This document shows positions 54,523 through 63,928 of a DNA stretch of 64,000 nucleotides, piece by piece. Where the stretch lies: assembly GCA_035500495.1 (NCBI GenBank), contig DATJXC010000015.1:13439-77438 (forward strand), in the 5' to 3' direction. The notes under the pieces were generated by a model. The model was not told where the DNA came from. It did no database searches and was given only the letters and a program-made list of their open reading frames with translations. The position numbers and the translations under genes are program-made. Positions within the stretch are counted from its first letter, which is position 1. Each line of letters opens with the position of its first letter. This DNA comes from Gemmatimonadales bacterium. GTDB lineage: Bacteria > Gemmatimonadota > Gemmatimonadetes > Gemmatimonadales > GWC2-71-9.

Positions 54523-55464
54523 CTAGCGGAACACCGGGGTCAACGGCGGCTTCCCCGCGAGTACCGCCTGCACGTTGGCCACCGCAAGACCCGCCATGGC
54601 CCGCCGCGTGTCGCGGGTCGCGCTCCCGATGTGTGGCAGCAAGACCGTCCGCGGGGCGGCGCGCAGGCGCGGCGCGATCTCCGGCTCGTCGACATAGACG
54701 TCCAACCCGGCGGCCCCGAGGTGACCGGACTCGAGGGCGGCCGCAAGCGCCTCTTCGCGCACCAGATCCCCACGTGACGTGTTGATGAGGATCGCGCCGG
54801 TTTTCATGCGGGCCAACGTTTCAGGGTTGATGATCCCTTGCAGCTCGGGGACAGCCGGGACGTGGAGCGACAGCACGTCGCTCTCGCGGAACAGCGCGCC
54901 GAGCTCGACGCGGTTGGCGCCGGTCTGTTGCTCGAACGCGGGTTTTGGGGTTCTGGTGGAGTAGAGGACTTCCATCCCGAACACGCGGGCCCGAAGGCCT
55001 ACGGCCTGACCGATCCGACCCGCGCCGAGCAACCCCAGCCTCCGGCCCCGCAGCTCGAGCCCGAGCAGCTGCTCGGGATGCCATCCCAGCCACTGACCGC
55101 TTCGGACCAGCTCGACACCCTCCAGCAACCGACGGGCGCAGGCCAGGATCAGGGCCCAGGTCAGATCGGCGGTGGCGTCGGTGAGGACCTCGGGCGTGTT
55201 CGTGACGACCACCCTGCGGAGCTGGGCGGCGACGACGTCCACGTTGTTGAATCCGACCGCCACGTTTGCGACGATACGAAGCTGCGGCAGATTCTTGAGC
55301 TCCGTCCCCCCCACCCAGCGGGTCAGCAGCGGCACGAGAGCCACCCACTCGCCGCGTGGGGTCGGATCCCCGGCCGGGATCCAAGTCACGTCCAACCCCT
55401 CGACCTGGGACGAGTCGAGCAAGTTCCTCACCTCTGCCGCGATCAAGACCGGTTGGCCGCCCAC
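54523..55464 (-). CDS. D-isomer-specific 2-hydroxyacid dehydrogenase (glyoxylate/hydroxypyruvate reductase-like)
   Basis: 313 aa. It has the NAD motif …GLLGAGRIGQAV… and the catalytic region …LINTSRG.LV.E.AL…, …LDV…EP… and …PHIGSAT…. Confidence 0.85.
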   Translation of the reverse strand: MGGQPVLIAAEVRNLLDSSQVEGLDVTWIPAGDPTPRGEWVALVPLLTRWVGGTELKNLPQLRIVANVAVGFNNVDVVAAQLRRVVVTNTPEVLTDATADLTWALILACARRLLEGVELVRSGQWLGWHPEQLLGLELRGRRLGLLGAGRIGQAVGLRARVFGMEVLYSTRTPKPAFEQQTGANRVELGALFRESDVLSLHVPAVPELQGIINPETLARMKTGAILINTSRGDLVREEALAAALESGHLGAAGLDVYVDEPEIAPRLRAAPRTVLLPHIGSATRDTRRAMAGLAVANVQAVLAGKPPLTPVFR

Positions 55465-55471
55465 GCTCCCA

Positions 55472-56989
55472 TCACCCCTTCCTCAACTTCCCGCGATCCA
55501 CCTTCCCCAGGTGCGTCCTGGGCAACGCATCCACAAACACGACTTCGCGGGGGGCCTTGTACGGCTCCAGCTGCTCGCGGACGAACGCCTTCAACTCATC
55601 CCCGAGCTGCGCGGAGCGCCGGTGCGGAATCACGTATGCATGCGGCTTGGTGAGCCCGTGGGCGTCGACCACCCCCACGACCGCCACCTCGCGGACATCG
55701 GGATGGCGCAACAGGCAATTCTCCACTTCCTGTGGAGACAGCCACTTTCCGTCCACCTTGAGCATCTCGTCCGCACGGCCGCAGTAGGTGAAGTACCCCT
55801 CGGCGTCCCGCCGGACGAGATCCCCGGACAGATACCATTCGCCCCGGAACGCCTGTTTCGTCTTGTCCATCAGCTGCCAATACGCAATCGCCCGCGAGTC
55901 GCCCCGAACCCAGAGGCCCCCTACCTCACCGTCCGGCAGGTCACGGCCGGCGTCGTCGCGCACCGCGACCTCGAAACCCGGGACGACCTGTCCGATCGTG
56001 CCAGGCTTCACTGCGCCGGGCCGATTGGAAATGAAAATGTGCCACATCTCGGCCGTGCCGAGCCCATCGAGGAGCTCCACGCCGAAGCACCGCTTCCATT
56101 TGTGGTACAGCTCCGCCGGCAGCGCCTCCCCGGCGGAAGTTGCGAGCCGCAGAGAAGAGAAGTCCTGGCGGAGGGCCTCGGGATGGGACACCATGTGGTT
56201 CACCATCGTCGGGACATTGACGAGGATGGTGGGCCGGAAGCGAGCGATCTTCTCGAAGATGACGTCCGCGGTGACGCGCTCCGGAAACAGCACGGCCGAC
56301 GCGCCCACGGAGAACGGAAACAGCAGGTTCAGACCCATAGCGTATCCGAAAAACAGCTTCGGAACCGAGAGGGTGATATCTGACGGCCCGATCCCTAATA
56401 CGCCCTTCCCATACAACTCCGTCGTGTTGGCATAGGAAGCGTGAGTCTGCAGCACCGCCTTCGGGAGCCCGGTCGTCCCGCCGGAAAACAGCCAGATCGC
56501 CGCATCGTCCCGGTGTGTCGGGAACAGGTCGAGGCCGGTCGGCGCCCGGGCGACCCGCTCGGCAAAGGCCGGCTCCCCGACCACCAGCAGGTCCCGAAAC
56601 AGCGGCGAGCGCGCTCCGGCCGCTCGGAACGGTTCGGCCGAGTCACGGTGCACGACGGCGGCCGCCGCCCGTGAATACTCGAACATGTCCCCGAGGGCGT
56701 CGGCCCCAAGCTGCGGGTTGACCATGACAACGACGGCGCCAATCTTGAGGGTGCCGAACAGCGCCGCGACGAACTCCGGGCCGTCAGGCAGCGCGATGAT
56801 GACGCGTTGTTCGGGCCGCACGTCCGCGTCCCGAAGCAGGTGGCCGAACCGATTGGATTCGGCCTGGACCTCCCCATAAGTGAGCGATCCCCGATCCGTG
56901 CGCAACGCCGTCCGACCCCCCAAACCCTCGCGCACGCGGGCATCGAGAAAGTGGTCGGCGATGTTGAAGCGTTCGGGTGGCCGGAACAT
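55472..56989 (-). CDS. aryl-CoA ligase of the benzoate / 2-aminobenzoate-CoA ligase family
   Basis: 505 aa. The AMP-binding core is …LFSGGTTGLPKAV…, followed by …YLSGDL…DGYF.Y.GR.D.MLKV.G.W.SP.E.E… and a C-terminal …LP.T..GK..R. The N-terminus (RFNIADHFLD…) is typical of the benzoate-CoA ligase clade. Confidence 0.85.
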   Translation of the reverse strand: MFRPPERFNIADHFLDARVREGLGGRTALRTDRGSLTYGEVQAESNRFGHLLRDADVRPEQRVIIALPDGPEFVAALFGTLKIGAVVVMVNPQLGADALGDMFEYSRAAAAVVHRDSAEPFRAAGARSPLFRDLLVVGEPAFAERVARAPTGLDLFPTHRDDAAIWLFSGGTTGLPKAVLQTHASYANTTELYGKGVLGIGPSDITLSVPKLFFGYAMGLNLLFPFSVGASAVLFPERVTADVIFEKIARFRPTILVNVPTMVNHMVSHPEALRQDFSSLRLATSAGEALPAELYHKWKRCFGVELLDGLGTAEMWHIFISNRPGAVKPGTIGQVVPGFEVAVRDDAGRDLPDGEVGGLWVRGDSRAIAYWQLMDKTKQAFRGEWYLSGDLVRRDAEGYFTYCGRADEMLKVDGKWLSPQEVENCLLRHPDVREVAVVGVVDAHGLTKPHAYVIPHRRSAQLGDELKAFVREQLEPYKAPREVVFVDALPRTHLGKVDRGKLRKG

Positions 56990-57025
56990 GGATCAGAGAA
57001 TGTCCCTGCGGACCGCCCACGGTCA

Positions 57026-57781
57026 ATGACCGTCCACGACCTGACCGAGCTGACCTGGGAAGAGGTCGATGGTCTCGATCGCACCCGGGCCGTCGCTATT
57101 CTGCCGACCGGCGCGATCGAAGCCCACGGTCCGCATCTCCCCCTCCACACCGACGTGCTGATCGCCGAGGCGATGGCCCGCGCCGGAGCCGAGCGGTTGA
57201 CGACCCACGGCTTGCTCCCGCTGTTGCTCCCGCCGCTCGTGTACACCACGGCCGGGTTCGCCGCCGATTTCGCCGGCACGCTTTCCCCCGACCCGGCCGC
57301 CGCCACCGCGACGATCCTGGGCATCGGCCGGAGCCTCGGGCTGCACGGGTTCCCACTCCTCGCCATCGCCAATGCGCACCTCGATCCCGGACATCTGGGG
57401 GCGATCGCTGCCGGCGTGGCCCGGATTCAAGAGGAAGGTCTCGTGCGGGTCGCCTTCCCCGATCTCACGCGCAAGCCCTGGGTCGGCCGTCTGAGCGAGG
57501 AGTTCCGCACCGGTGCCTGCCATGCAGGACGATTCGAAACGTCGCTCGTCCTGGCGATCCGCCCGGACCTGGTGCGCCGCGAGGTGCAGCATGAGCTTCC
57601 GGCCAATCCGAGCTCCTTATCCGTGGCGATCCGCGCCGGTCGCTCCACCTTCGAGGAGGCCGGCGGACCGCGCGCGTATTTCGGCTGGCCGGCCGACGCG
57701 ACGCCCGAAGAAGGCCGCGAGTCGATCGCCACTTTGGCCGCGATCCTCGAGGAGGCCGTGATGCACGAGCGGCCGCGATGA
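57026..57781 (+). CDS. creatininase-family amidohydrolase
   Basis: ~251 aa, starting at ATG 57026 (MTVHDLTELTWEEV…). The sequence …AILPTGAIEAHGPHLPLHTDVLIAE… and …HAGRFETSL… form the creatininase-family metal site. Confidence 0.8.
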   Translation: MTVHDLTELTWEEVDGLDRTRAVAILPTGAIEAHGPHLPLHTDVLIAEAMARAGAERLTTHGLLPLLLPPLVYTTAGFAADFAGTLSPDPAAATATILGIGRSLGLHGFPLLAIANAHLDPGHLGAIAAGVARIQEEGLVRVAFPDLTRKPWVGRLSEEFRTGACHAGRFETSLVLAIRPDLVRREVQHELPANPSSLSVAIRAGRSTFEEAGGPRAYFGWPADATPEEGRESIATLAAILEEAVMHERPR

Positions 57782-58554
57782 GCCTGGTCGGGCGGACCGC
57801 CGTCGTCACCGGAGGGAGCCAGGGCCTCGGCGCCGTCGTGGCGAGGCTGCTCGCCGAGGCCGGGGTGGCCGTCGTCGTCGCGGCGCGTACCGAAGCGAGG
57901 TTGAACGCCGTCGCCGGTGACCTGCGGGCGGCCGGCCACAAGGCCTGGGGTGTCCGATGCGACGTCACCGATCCGGCCAGTGTCCGCGCGCTCGCTGAGG
58001 CGGCGATCGGCCACCTGGGTCGAGTGGACATCTTGGTCAACAATGCCGGTGCCGCGATGTCGGCGCCGGCACAGAAGACCCGGCTCGAAGACTGGAATCG
58101 CATGCTCGCCGTCAACGCCACCAGTACCTTCCTCTGTACCCAGGCCCTTCTCGGGGGCATGCTGGAACGGGGCTGGGGTCGCGTGGTGAACGTCGCCTCC
58201 GTCGCGGGAATTTCCGGCGACCGCTACATCTCGGCCTACAGCGCCGCGAAGCATGCGGTGGTGGGATTCACTCGATCGGTCGCGGCCGAGACGGCGGGCC
58301 ACGGAGTGACCGTGAACGCCGTCTGCCCGGGGTACGTGGACACGCAGTTGACACAGGAAACGATCGAGCGGGTGGCCGCGCGGACCGGGAAAACCCATGC
58401 CGAGGCCCTGCAGGCCGTGCTACGGGCCTCGCAGCAGCCGCGCCTGATTGCGCCTGAAGAGGTCGCTCGAGTTATCGTCGCCCTCTGCACCGAGGACGGT
58501 GCGGCGCTCACGGGCCTGGCGATCGGGCTCGATGGAGGCTCGTTCCGACCATGA
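57778..58554 (+). CDS. short-chain dehydrogenase/reductase (3-hydroxyacyl-CoA / 3-oxoacyl reductase-like)
   Basis: 258 aa with the motifs TGGSQGLG, NNAG and YSAAKHA. There is an ATGA overlap with the upstream stop. Confidence 0.88.
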   Translation: MSLVGRTAVVTGGSQGLGAVVARLLAEAGVAVVVAARTEARLNAVAGDLRAAGHKAWGVRCDVTDPASVRALAEAAIGHLGRVDILVNNAGAAMSAPAQKTRLEDWNRMLAVNATSTFLCTQALLGGMLERGWGRVVNVASVAGISGDRYISAYSAAKHAVVGFTRSVAAETAGHGVTVNAVCPGYVDTQLTQETIERVAARTGKTHAEALQAVLRASQQPRLIAPEEVARVIVALCTEDGAALTGLAIGLDGGSFRP

Positions 58555-58928
58555 GCTTCGAGATCATCAACCCGGAGTCCCTCGGCCGGCCGAGCGGGTG
58601 GAACAACGGGATGTTGGCGAGGCCCGGCGGCCGCATCCTCTTCGTGGCGGGCCAGGCGGCCCCGCCGGGAACCCTGATCGACCAGTGGGACAGAGCCCTG
58701 GGGAAGATCCTCACCGTAGTGAAGCAAGCTGGCGGGCGCGCGGAGGACATCGGCCGTATGACGGTCTTCGTCACCGATCTCGCGACATACCTGGCAAGCC
58801 GCCAGGCGCTGGGCGAGGTCCACCGCAAGCATCTGGGCCGCCACTATCCCGCGATGGCGCTGGTCGAAGTGAGGGCCCTCGTCGATCCGCAGGCGTCCGT
58901 GGAAATCGAAGCGACCGCCGTCATCTAG
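58551..58928 (+). CDS. RidA/YjgF-family (enamine/imine deaminase-like) protein
   Basis: 125 aa. The family pattern is …FVAGQ…, …ED…MTVFVTD… and …A…VEV..L…...VEIEA.A. There is an ATGA overlap. Confidence 0.8.
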   Translation: MSFEIINPESLGRPSGWNNGMLARPGGRILFVAGQAAPPGTLIDQWDRALGKILTVVKQAGGRAEDIGRMTVFVTDLATYLASRQALGEVHRKHLGRHYPAMALVEVRALVDPQASVEIEATAVI

Positions 58929-58940
58929 GAGCTCCGTGCG

Positions 58941-59741
58941 ATGCCGATCGCCGCCAAGTCATTCCTCTACGCGCACGACCCGAACAGCGCCGTCGCGACC
59001 ATTACCCTGAACCGACCGGACCGCCTGAACGCCCTCACGTTCGAGGTGTACGCCGAGCTGCGCGATGCATTCCGGACCCTCTCCACCGAACCCGGAGTCC
59101 GGGCGGTGCTCATCACCGGGGCGGGCCGGGCGTTCTGTTCCGGTGGAGACGTGGAGGACATCATCGGCGCCCTGTTCGCCCGGGACGCCAAGGGCCTGCT
59201 CGAGTTCACCCGGTTGACCTGCGACCTGATCCTGGCGATCTGCCAGTGCCGCCGGCCGGTGGTGGCCGCCCTGAACGGAACGGTGGCTGGCGCGGGCGCC
59301 GTGATCGCGACCGCGTGTGATGTCCGCATCGCGGCCGAGTCCGCGAAGATCGCCTTCCTCTTTACCAAGGTCGGCCTTTCCGGAGCCGACATGGGGGCGG
59401 CGTGGCTGCTTCCGCGCATCGTGGGATTGGGACTCGCCACGGAGCTGCTCATGACCGGCGATTTCATTGATGCCCGCCGGGCCTACGAGATCGGGCTGTA
59501 CAACCGGGTCGTGACCCAGGAGCGCCTCCTCCCGGAGGCCCGTGCCTGGGCCGAGCGCCTCGCCCGCGGACCTGCGGCGGCGCTCGCGGTCACCAAGGAT
59601 GCCCTCCAGAAAGAAGCCGGAATGGACTTCGCGGCGGCGCTCGAAGCGGAGGCCCAGGCCCAGGCCGAGTGCATGCGGCATCCCAACTTCCGGGAGTCCT
59701 ACGAGGCGTTCATGGCCAAGCGGGAAGCCAAGTTCACGTGA
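58941..59741 (+). CDS. enoyl-CoA hydratase/isomerase (crotonase) family protein
   Basis: 266 aa. The sequence …TLNRPDRLNALT…, …VLITGAGRAFCSGGD… and …NG.VAGAGAV.A.ACD.RIA… shows the crotonase oxyanion-hole motifs. Confidence 0.9.
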   Translation: MPIAAKSFLYAHDPNSAVATITLNRPDRLNALTFEVYAELRDAFRTLSTEPGVRAVLITGAGRAFCSGGDVEDIIGALFARDAKGLLEFTRLTCDLILAICQCRRPVVAALNGTVAGAGAVIATACDVRIAAESAKIAFLFTKVGLSGADMGAAWLLPRIVGLGLATELLMTGDFIDARRAYEIGLYNRVVTQERLLPEARAWAERLARGPAAALAVTKDALQKEAGMDFAAALEAEAQAQAECMRHPNFRESYEAFMAKREAKFT

Positions 59742-60892
59742 CCTTCGTTCCGGAAGTCCGCAGCATCCGGGCGTACCTGGGCGGCTCCCACGCGGCGATG
59801 GCGACGGAGCTCGGCCGGTTCGCCATGCAGGCCATCGCGCCCTTGCCCGAGCCCCGGGATGACGATGCGGCGCGGGTGCAGGCCCGAGAGGTGCTCGCCC
59901 GGATCGGCGGCGCCGGCTGGTTCGCGCCGATTTTCCGGCGGGACTTCCGCGGCTGCTGCCTGGTGCGCGAAGCGCTCGCCGCGGTGTCGCCGCTGTCGGA
60001 CGCGGTGTTCGCCCTCCAGGCCCTGGGCACGATGCCGATTCTCCTGGCGGGCACGCCCCCCCTCAAGGAACGCTGGCTCTCCGCCGCCGAGGCGGGCCGG
60101 GCGATGGCCGCGTTCGCCATGACGGAGCCCGACGCGGGATCGGACGTCGCGTCGCTCACAACCAGCGCGCGGCGGGACGGCGATGGCTGGGTGCTGAACG
60201 GCGCGAAGACGTTCATCTCGAACGCCGGGATCGCGGACTTCTATACCACATTCGCCACGACCGACCGGGCGCTCGGCCACCGGGGGATCGCCTGCTTCGT
60301 CGTGCCGGCCTCGACCCCGGGACTCCGTTTCGTACGGGCGCAGGTACTGTCCGCGCCTCACCCCCTGGGAGAGCTCGCGTTCACCGACTGTCGCGTCCCC
60401 GACGAATTCCTCCTGGCCGGCCCGGGACAGGGGTTCAAGCTGGGTCTCGCCACGCTGGACCGGCTCCGCGCCACCGTCGGCGCGGCCGCCTGCGGCATGG
60501 CTGCGCGCGCCCTGGCCGAAGCCGTCGCGCACGCCAGGTCGCGCCACCAGTTCGGAGAGCCGCTAGCCAAGTTCCAGCTGGTGCAGGACAAGATCGCCCG
60601 CATGGCGACCGAGTTGACCGCGGCGCGTCTCCTCGTGTATCGCGCCGCCTGGGAAGTGGATGGGGGGGCGGAGCGGGTCACCGTCGAGGCCGCCATGGCC
60701 AAGGCGTACGCCACCGAAGCAGCGCAGCGCATCGTTGACGACGCCGTGCAGATCCTGGGCGGTCGCGGCGTCATGGCGGATCATCCCGTCGAGGGCCTGT
60801 ATCGGGCGGTGCGCACCCTCCGCATCTACGAGGGAACCACCGAGATTCAGCACCTCGTAATCGCCGGGCAGCTCCTGGCTGGGTCACCGTGA
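59738..60892 (+). CDS. acyl-CoA dehydrogenase
   Basis: ~384 aa. It contains …[12 protein letters not shown]…, …G.K.FISNAG.AD… and the C-terminal …[10 protein letters not shown]…. GTG 59738 overlaps the upstream stop (GTGA). Confidence 0.9.
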   Translation: MTFVPEVRSIRAYLGGSHAAMATELGRFAMQAIAPLPEPRDDDAARVQAREVLARIGGAGWFAPIFRRDFRGCCLVREALAAVSPLSDAVFALQALGTMPILLAGTPPLKERWLSAAEAGRAMAAFAMTEPDAGSDVASLTTSARRDGDGWVLNGAKTFISNAGIADFYTTFATTDRALGHRGIACFVVPASTPGLRFVRAQVLSAPHPLGELAFTDCRVPDEFLLAGPGQGFKLGLATLDRLRATVGAAACGMAARALAEAVAHARSRHQFGEPLAKFQLVQDKIARMATELTAARLLVYRAAWEVDGGAERVTVEAAMAKAYATEAAQRIVDDAVQILGGRGVMADHPVEGLYRAVRTLRIYEGTTEIQHLVIAGQLLAGSP

Positions 60893-63141
60893 AGGTCGTG
60901 TCCATCGGGGGCGGCCCCGCGGGATTGTATTTCGCGATTCTCATCAAGAAAGCGGACCCGCAGGCCGAGGTGTTGGTCCTCGAGCGGAATCGCCTGGACG
61001 ACACCTTCGGTTTCGGCGTCGTGTTTTCCGAGGCCACCCAGGAGAACCTGCAGGTCGCCGACCCCGAGACCTTCGAGGCGATGGCCAGGCAGTCGGCCCA
61101 CTGGGACGACATCGAGATTCACTACCAGGGCGGGGTCCTCTCCTCGACCGGCCACGGATTCTCAGGACTGTCGCGCCAGGCGATGCTCGAGATCCTGGCC
61201 CGTCGCGCGACCGGGTTGGGGGTGGAGGTGCGGATCGGCACCGACGTGCAGGATCTCACGCCTTACCGGTCGGCGGACCTGATCCTGGCCGCCGACGGCG
61301 CCAACAGCGTGGTGCGGGAGCGCTGGGCCGAGCACTTTCGGCCGAGCGTCGACCTGCGGCCCAACCGGTTCGTCTGGCTCGGCACCACCCGCCCCTTCCC
61401 CGCGTTCACGTTCTACTTCCGCTACGACCAGCATGGTCTGTGGCGGGTGCATGCCTACCAGTACGAGCCGGGCCATTCGACGTTCATCGTCGAGGCAACC
61501 GAGCCGACCTGGCGCAAGGCGTGCCTCGATCGAGCCTCGGAGCAGGACACGATCGACTTCTGCGAGTCATTGTTTGCCGAGGAGCTCCAGGGACATCGCT
61601 TGGTCGGGAACCGCTCCATCTGGCGGCAGTTCGGAACCGTCCGGAACGCCTGCTGGCACCACGACAACGTGGTGCTGGTGGGTGACGCGGCGCACACCGC
61701 GCATTTCTCCGTGGGTTCCGGGACCAAGCTCGCCATGGAGGACGCCATCGTCCTGGCCCGCGCTCTGAAGGAGACCCGGGACATCCCCACTGCCCTGGCC
61801 GCCTACGAAACCGAACGGCGTCCGGTGGTCGAGAGCTTGCAGCGCGCGGCGCAGGTGAGTCTCGAGTACTTCGAGAACACCGAGCGCTACATGGAGATGG
61901 AACCGCTTCAGTTCGCGTTCAACCTGCTCACCCGTTCCCTTCGCATCACCCACGACAATCTGCGGGTGCGAGACCCCAGGTTCGTGGCGGCGGTCGACGC
62001 GTGGTTCGCCGAGACCGCGGAGGCCAAGTCCGGTGTGGCCGTGCCCCGCACCCCACCGCCACCGCCGATGTTCACGCCGTTCCGGATCCGGGACCTGCTC
62101 CTCGTCAATCGGGTCGTCGTGTCCCCGATGTGCCAGTACTCGGCGGAGGACGGGACACCGAACGACTGGCACCTGGTCCACCTCGGAGCCCGCGCGGTCG
62201 GTGGCGCCGGTCTCGTCATGACCGAGATGACCGATGTCAATCGAGAGGGCCGGATTTCGCCCGCCTGCACGGGGATGTACAAGCCCGAGCACGTGCCCGC
62301 GTGGCAGCGGATCGTCGACTTCGTCCACCACCACAGCTGGGCCAAGGTCGGCATGCAACTCGGCCACGCCGGTCGCAAGGGCGCCACCAAGGTGATGTGG
62401 GAAGGGGACAACGAGCCGCTCGAGCGGGGCGCTTGGCCCATCATTGCCGCCTCCCCGATTCCCTACTTGCCTCACAGCCAGGTGCCGCGCCAGGCGACCC
62501 GCGCCGAGATGGATCAGGTGCGGGACGACTTCGTCCGCGCGACGCGCATGGCCGACCAGGCTGGCTTCGATTTTCTGGAGCTGCATTTCGCGCACGGTTA
62601 CCTGCTCGCGAGTTTCATCTCGCCGTTGACCAACCGTCGGAGCGACGAGTACGGCGGACCGCTGGAATGCCGCCTCCGTTTTCCGCTGGAGGTGTTCGAC
62701 GCCGCCCGGGCAGTGTGGCCGGCGGCCAAGCCGATGTCGGTTCGCATCTCCGCGGTCGACTGGGCGCCGGGGGGGATGGAATCGGCCGATGCCGTGGCCG
62801 TCGCGAAGGCCCTCAAGGACCATGGCTGCGACCTGCTGGACGTGTCCGCCGGGCAGACGGTGGCGGACCAGCGACCGGTGTACGGCCGGTTGTTTCAGAC
62901 TCCGTTCGCCGACCGGGTCCGGCATGAAGCGGGGATGCCGGTGATGACGGTCGGCAACATCTCCTCATTCACCGACGTCAATACGATCCTGGCGGCCGGC
63001 CGCGCCGACCTCTGCGTTCTGGCGCGGGCGCATCTGTGGGATCCGTACTGGACCCGGCACGCGGCGCGGGAGCTGGGGTTCGAGCTGCCGTGGCCCGATC
63101 AATACGAGACGCTCGCGAACTACAAACCGAGGTTTACGTGA
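60889..63141 (+). CDS. bifunctional FAD aromatic-ring hydroxylase / Old-Yellow-Enzyme reductase (2-aminobenzoyl-CoA monooxygenase/reductase or salicylyl-CoA 5-hydroxylase type)
   Basis: 750 aa. The N-terminal half has GGGPAGLY, …DGANS.VR… and …[13 protein letters not shown]… (flavoprotein monooxygenase). The C-terminal half has …[31 protein letters not shown]… and …[21 protein letters not shown] (OYE). Confidence 0.88.
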   Translation: MKVVSIGGGPAGLYFAILIKKADPQAEVLVLERNRLDDTFGFGVVFSEATQENLQVADPETFEAMARQSAHWDDIEIHYQGGVLSSTGHGFSGLSRQAMLEILARRATGLGVEVRIGTDVQDLTPYRSADLILAADGANSVVRERWAEHFRPSVDLRPNRFVWLGTTRPFPAFTFYFRYDQHGLWRVHAYQYEPGHSTFIVEATEPTWRKACLDRASEQDTIDFCESLFAEELQGHRLVGNRSIWRQFGTVRNACWHHDNVVLVGDAAHTAHFSVGSGTKLAMEDAIVLARALKETRDIPTALAAYETERRPVVESLQRAAQVSLEYFENTERYMEMEPLQFAFNLLTRSLRITHDNLRVRDPRFVAAVDAWFAETAEAKSGVAVPRTPPPPPMFTPFRIRDLLLVNRVVVSPMCQYSAEDGTPNDWHLVHLGARAVGGAGLVMTEMTDVNREGRISPACTGMYKPEHVPAWQRIVDFVHHHSWAKVGMQLGHAGRKGATKVMWEGDNEPLERGAWPIIAASPIPYLPHSQVPRQATRAEMDQVRDDFVRATRMADQAGFDFLELHFAHGYLLASFISPLTNRRSDEYGGPLECRLRFPLEVFDAARAVWPAAKPMSVRISAVDWAPGGMESADAVAVAKALKDHGCDLLDVSAGQTVADQRPVYGRLFQTPFADRVRHEAGMPVMTVGNISSFTDVNTILAAGRADLCVLARAHLWDPYWTRHAARELGFELPWPDQYETLANYKPRFT

Positions 63142-63142
63142 A

Positions 63143-63925
63143 ATGACCGTGACGTACGCGAGCTATTTGAAGCTCGACGAGCTGCTCTCGCTGCAGCAAC
63201 CCCGGGAGGGGACGCTCGAGCATGACGAGACGCTGTTCATCGTGATCCACCAGGTGTACGAGCTGTGGTTCAAGGAAGTGCTGCACGAGCTGGACTATCT
63301 CGTCGGCCTGCTCCGTGCCAACGACACCCCCCGGGCCCTGCACACCCTGAAACGGGTCCTCACGATTCTCAAGGTGCTCGTGGCCCAGATCGATATCCTC
63401 GAGACGATGACGCCGCTCGAGTTCCTGGCGTTTCGCGATCGGCTGGAATCGGGAAGTGGGTTCCAATCGTTCCAGTTCCGCGAGCTGGAATCCCTGCTGG
63501 GGGTCAAGAGTCGCGCGGCGATCGAGCGCTACCCCGTCGGGAGCGAGCACCGGGCGCGGGTGGAGAGCCGGTTCGCCAAACCCACCTTGTGGGACGCGTT
63601 TCTTCAGTACCTCGCCGCCAACGATTACGACGTCCCAGAGCCGTCGCTGCGGCGCGACGTCACCCGGCCGATCGAGGCCGATCCACGGCTGCAGCAGCTC
63701 TTGATCCACGTCTATCGCTCCAATCCCGGCACCGCCCAGGTCTGCGAGCGTCTGGTGGACCTGGATGAGGGGTTCCAGGAGTGGCGGTATCGGCACGTCA
63801 AGATGGTGCAGCGCACGATCGGCACCAAGACGGGGACCGGGGGGTCAGCCGGGGCCGAATACCTCGCGACCACCATCAACAAGCCGGCGTTCCCCGACCT
63901 GTGGGCGATCCGGACGGAGATGTAA
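63143..63925 (+). CDS. kynA: tryptophan 2,3-dioxygenase
   Basis: 260 aa. The TDO signature is …YASYL.LDELL.LQ………HDE.LFI..HQ.YELWFK….E… together with …FR….SG.QS.QFR.LE…. Confidence 0.92.
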   Translation: MTVTYASYLKLDELLSLQQPREGTLEHDETLFIVIHQVYELWFKEVLHELDYLVGLLRANDTPRALHTLKRVLTILKVLVAQIDILETMTPLEFLAFRDRLESGSGFQSFQFRELESLLGVKSRAAIERYPVGSEHRARVESRFAKPTLWDAFLQYLAANDYDVPEPSLRRDVTRPIEADPRLQQLLIHVYRSNPGTAQVCERLVDLDEGFQEWRYRHVKMVQRTIGTKTGTGGSAGAEYLATTINKPAFPDLWAIRTEM

Positions 63926-63928
63926 AGC

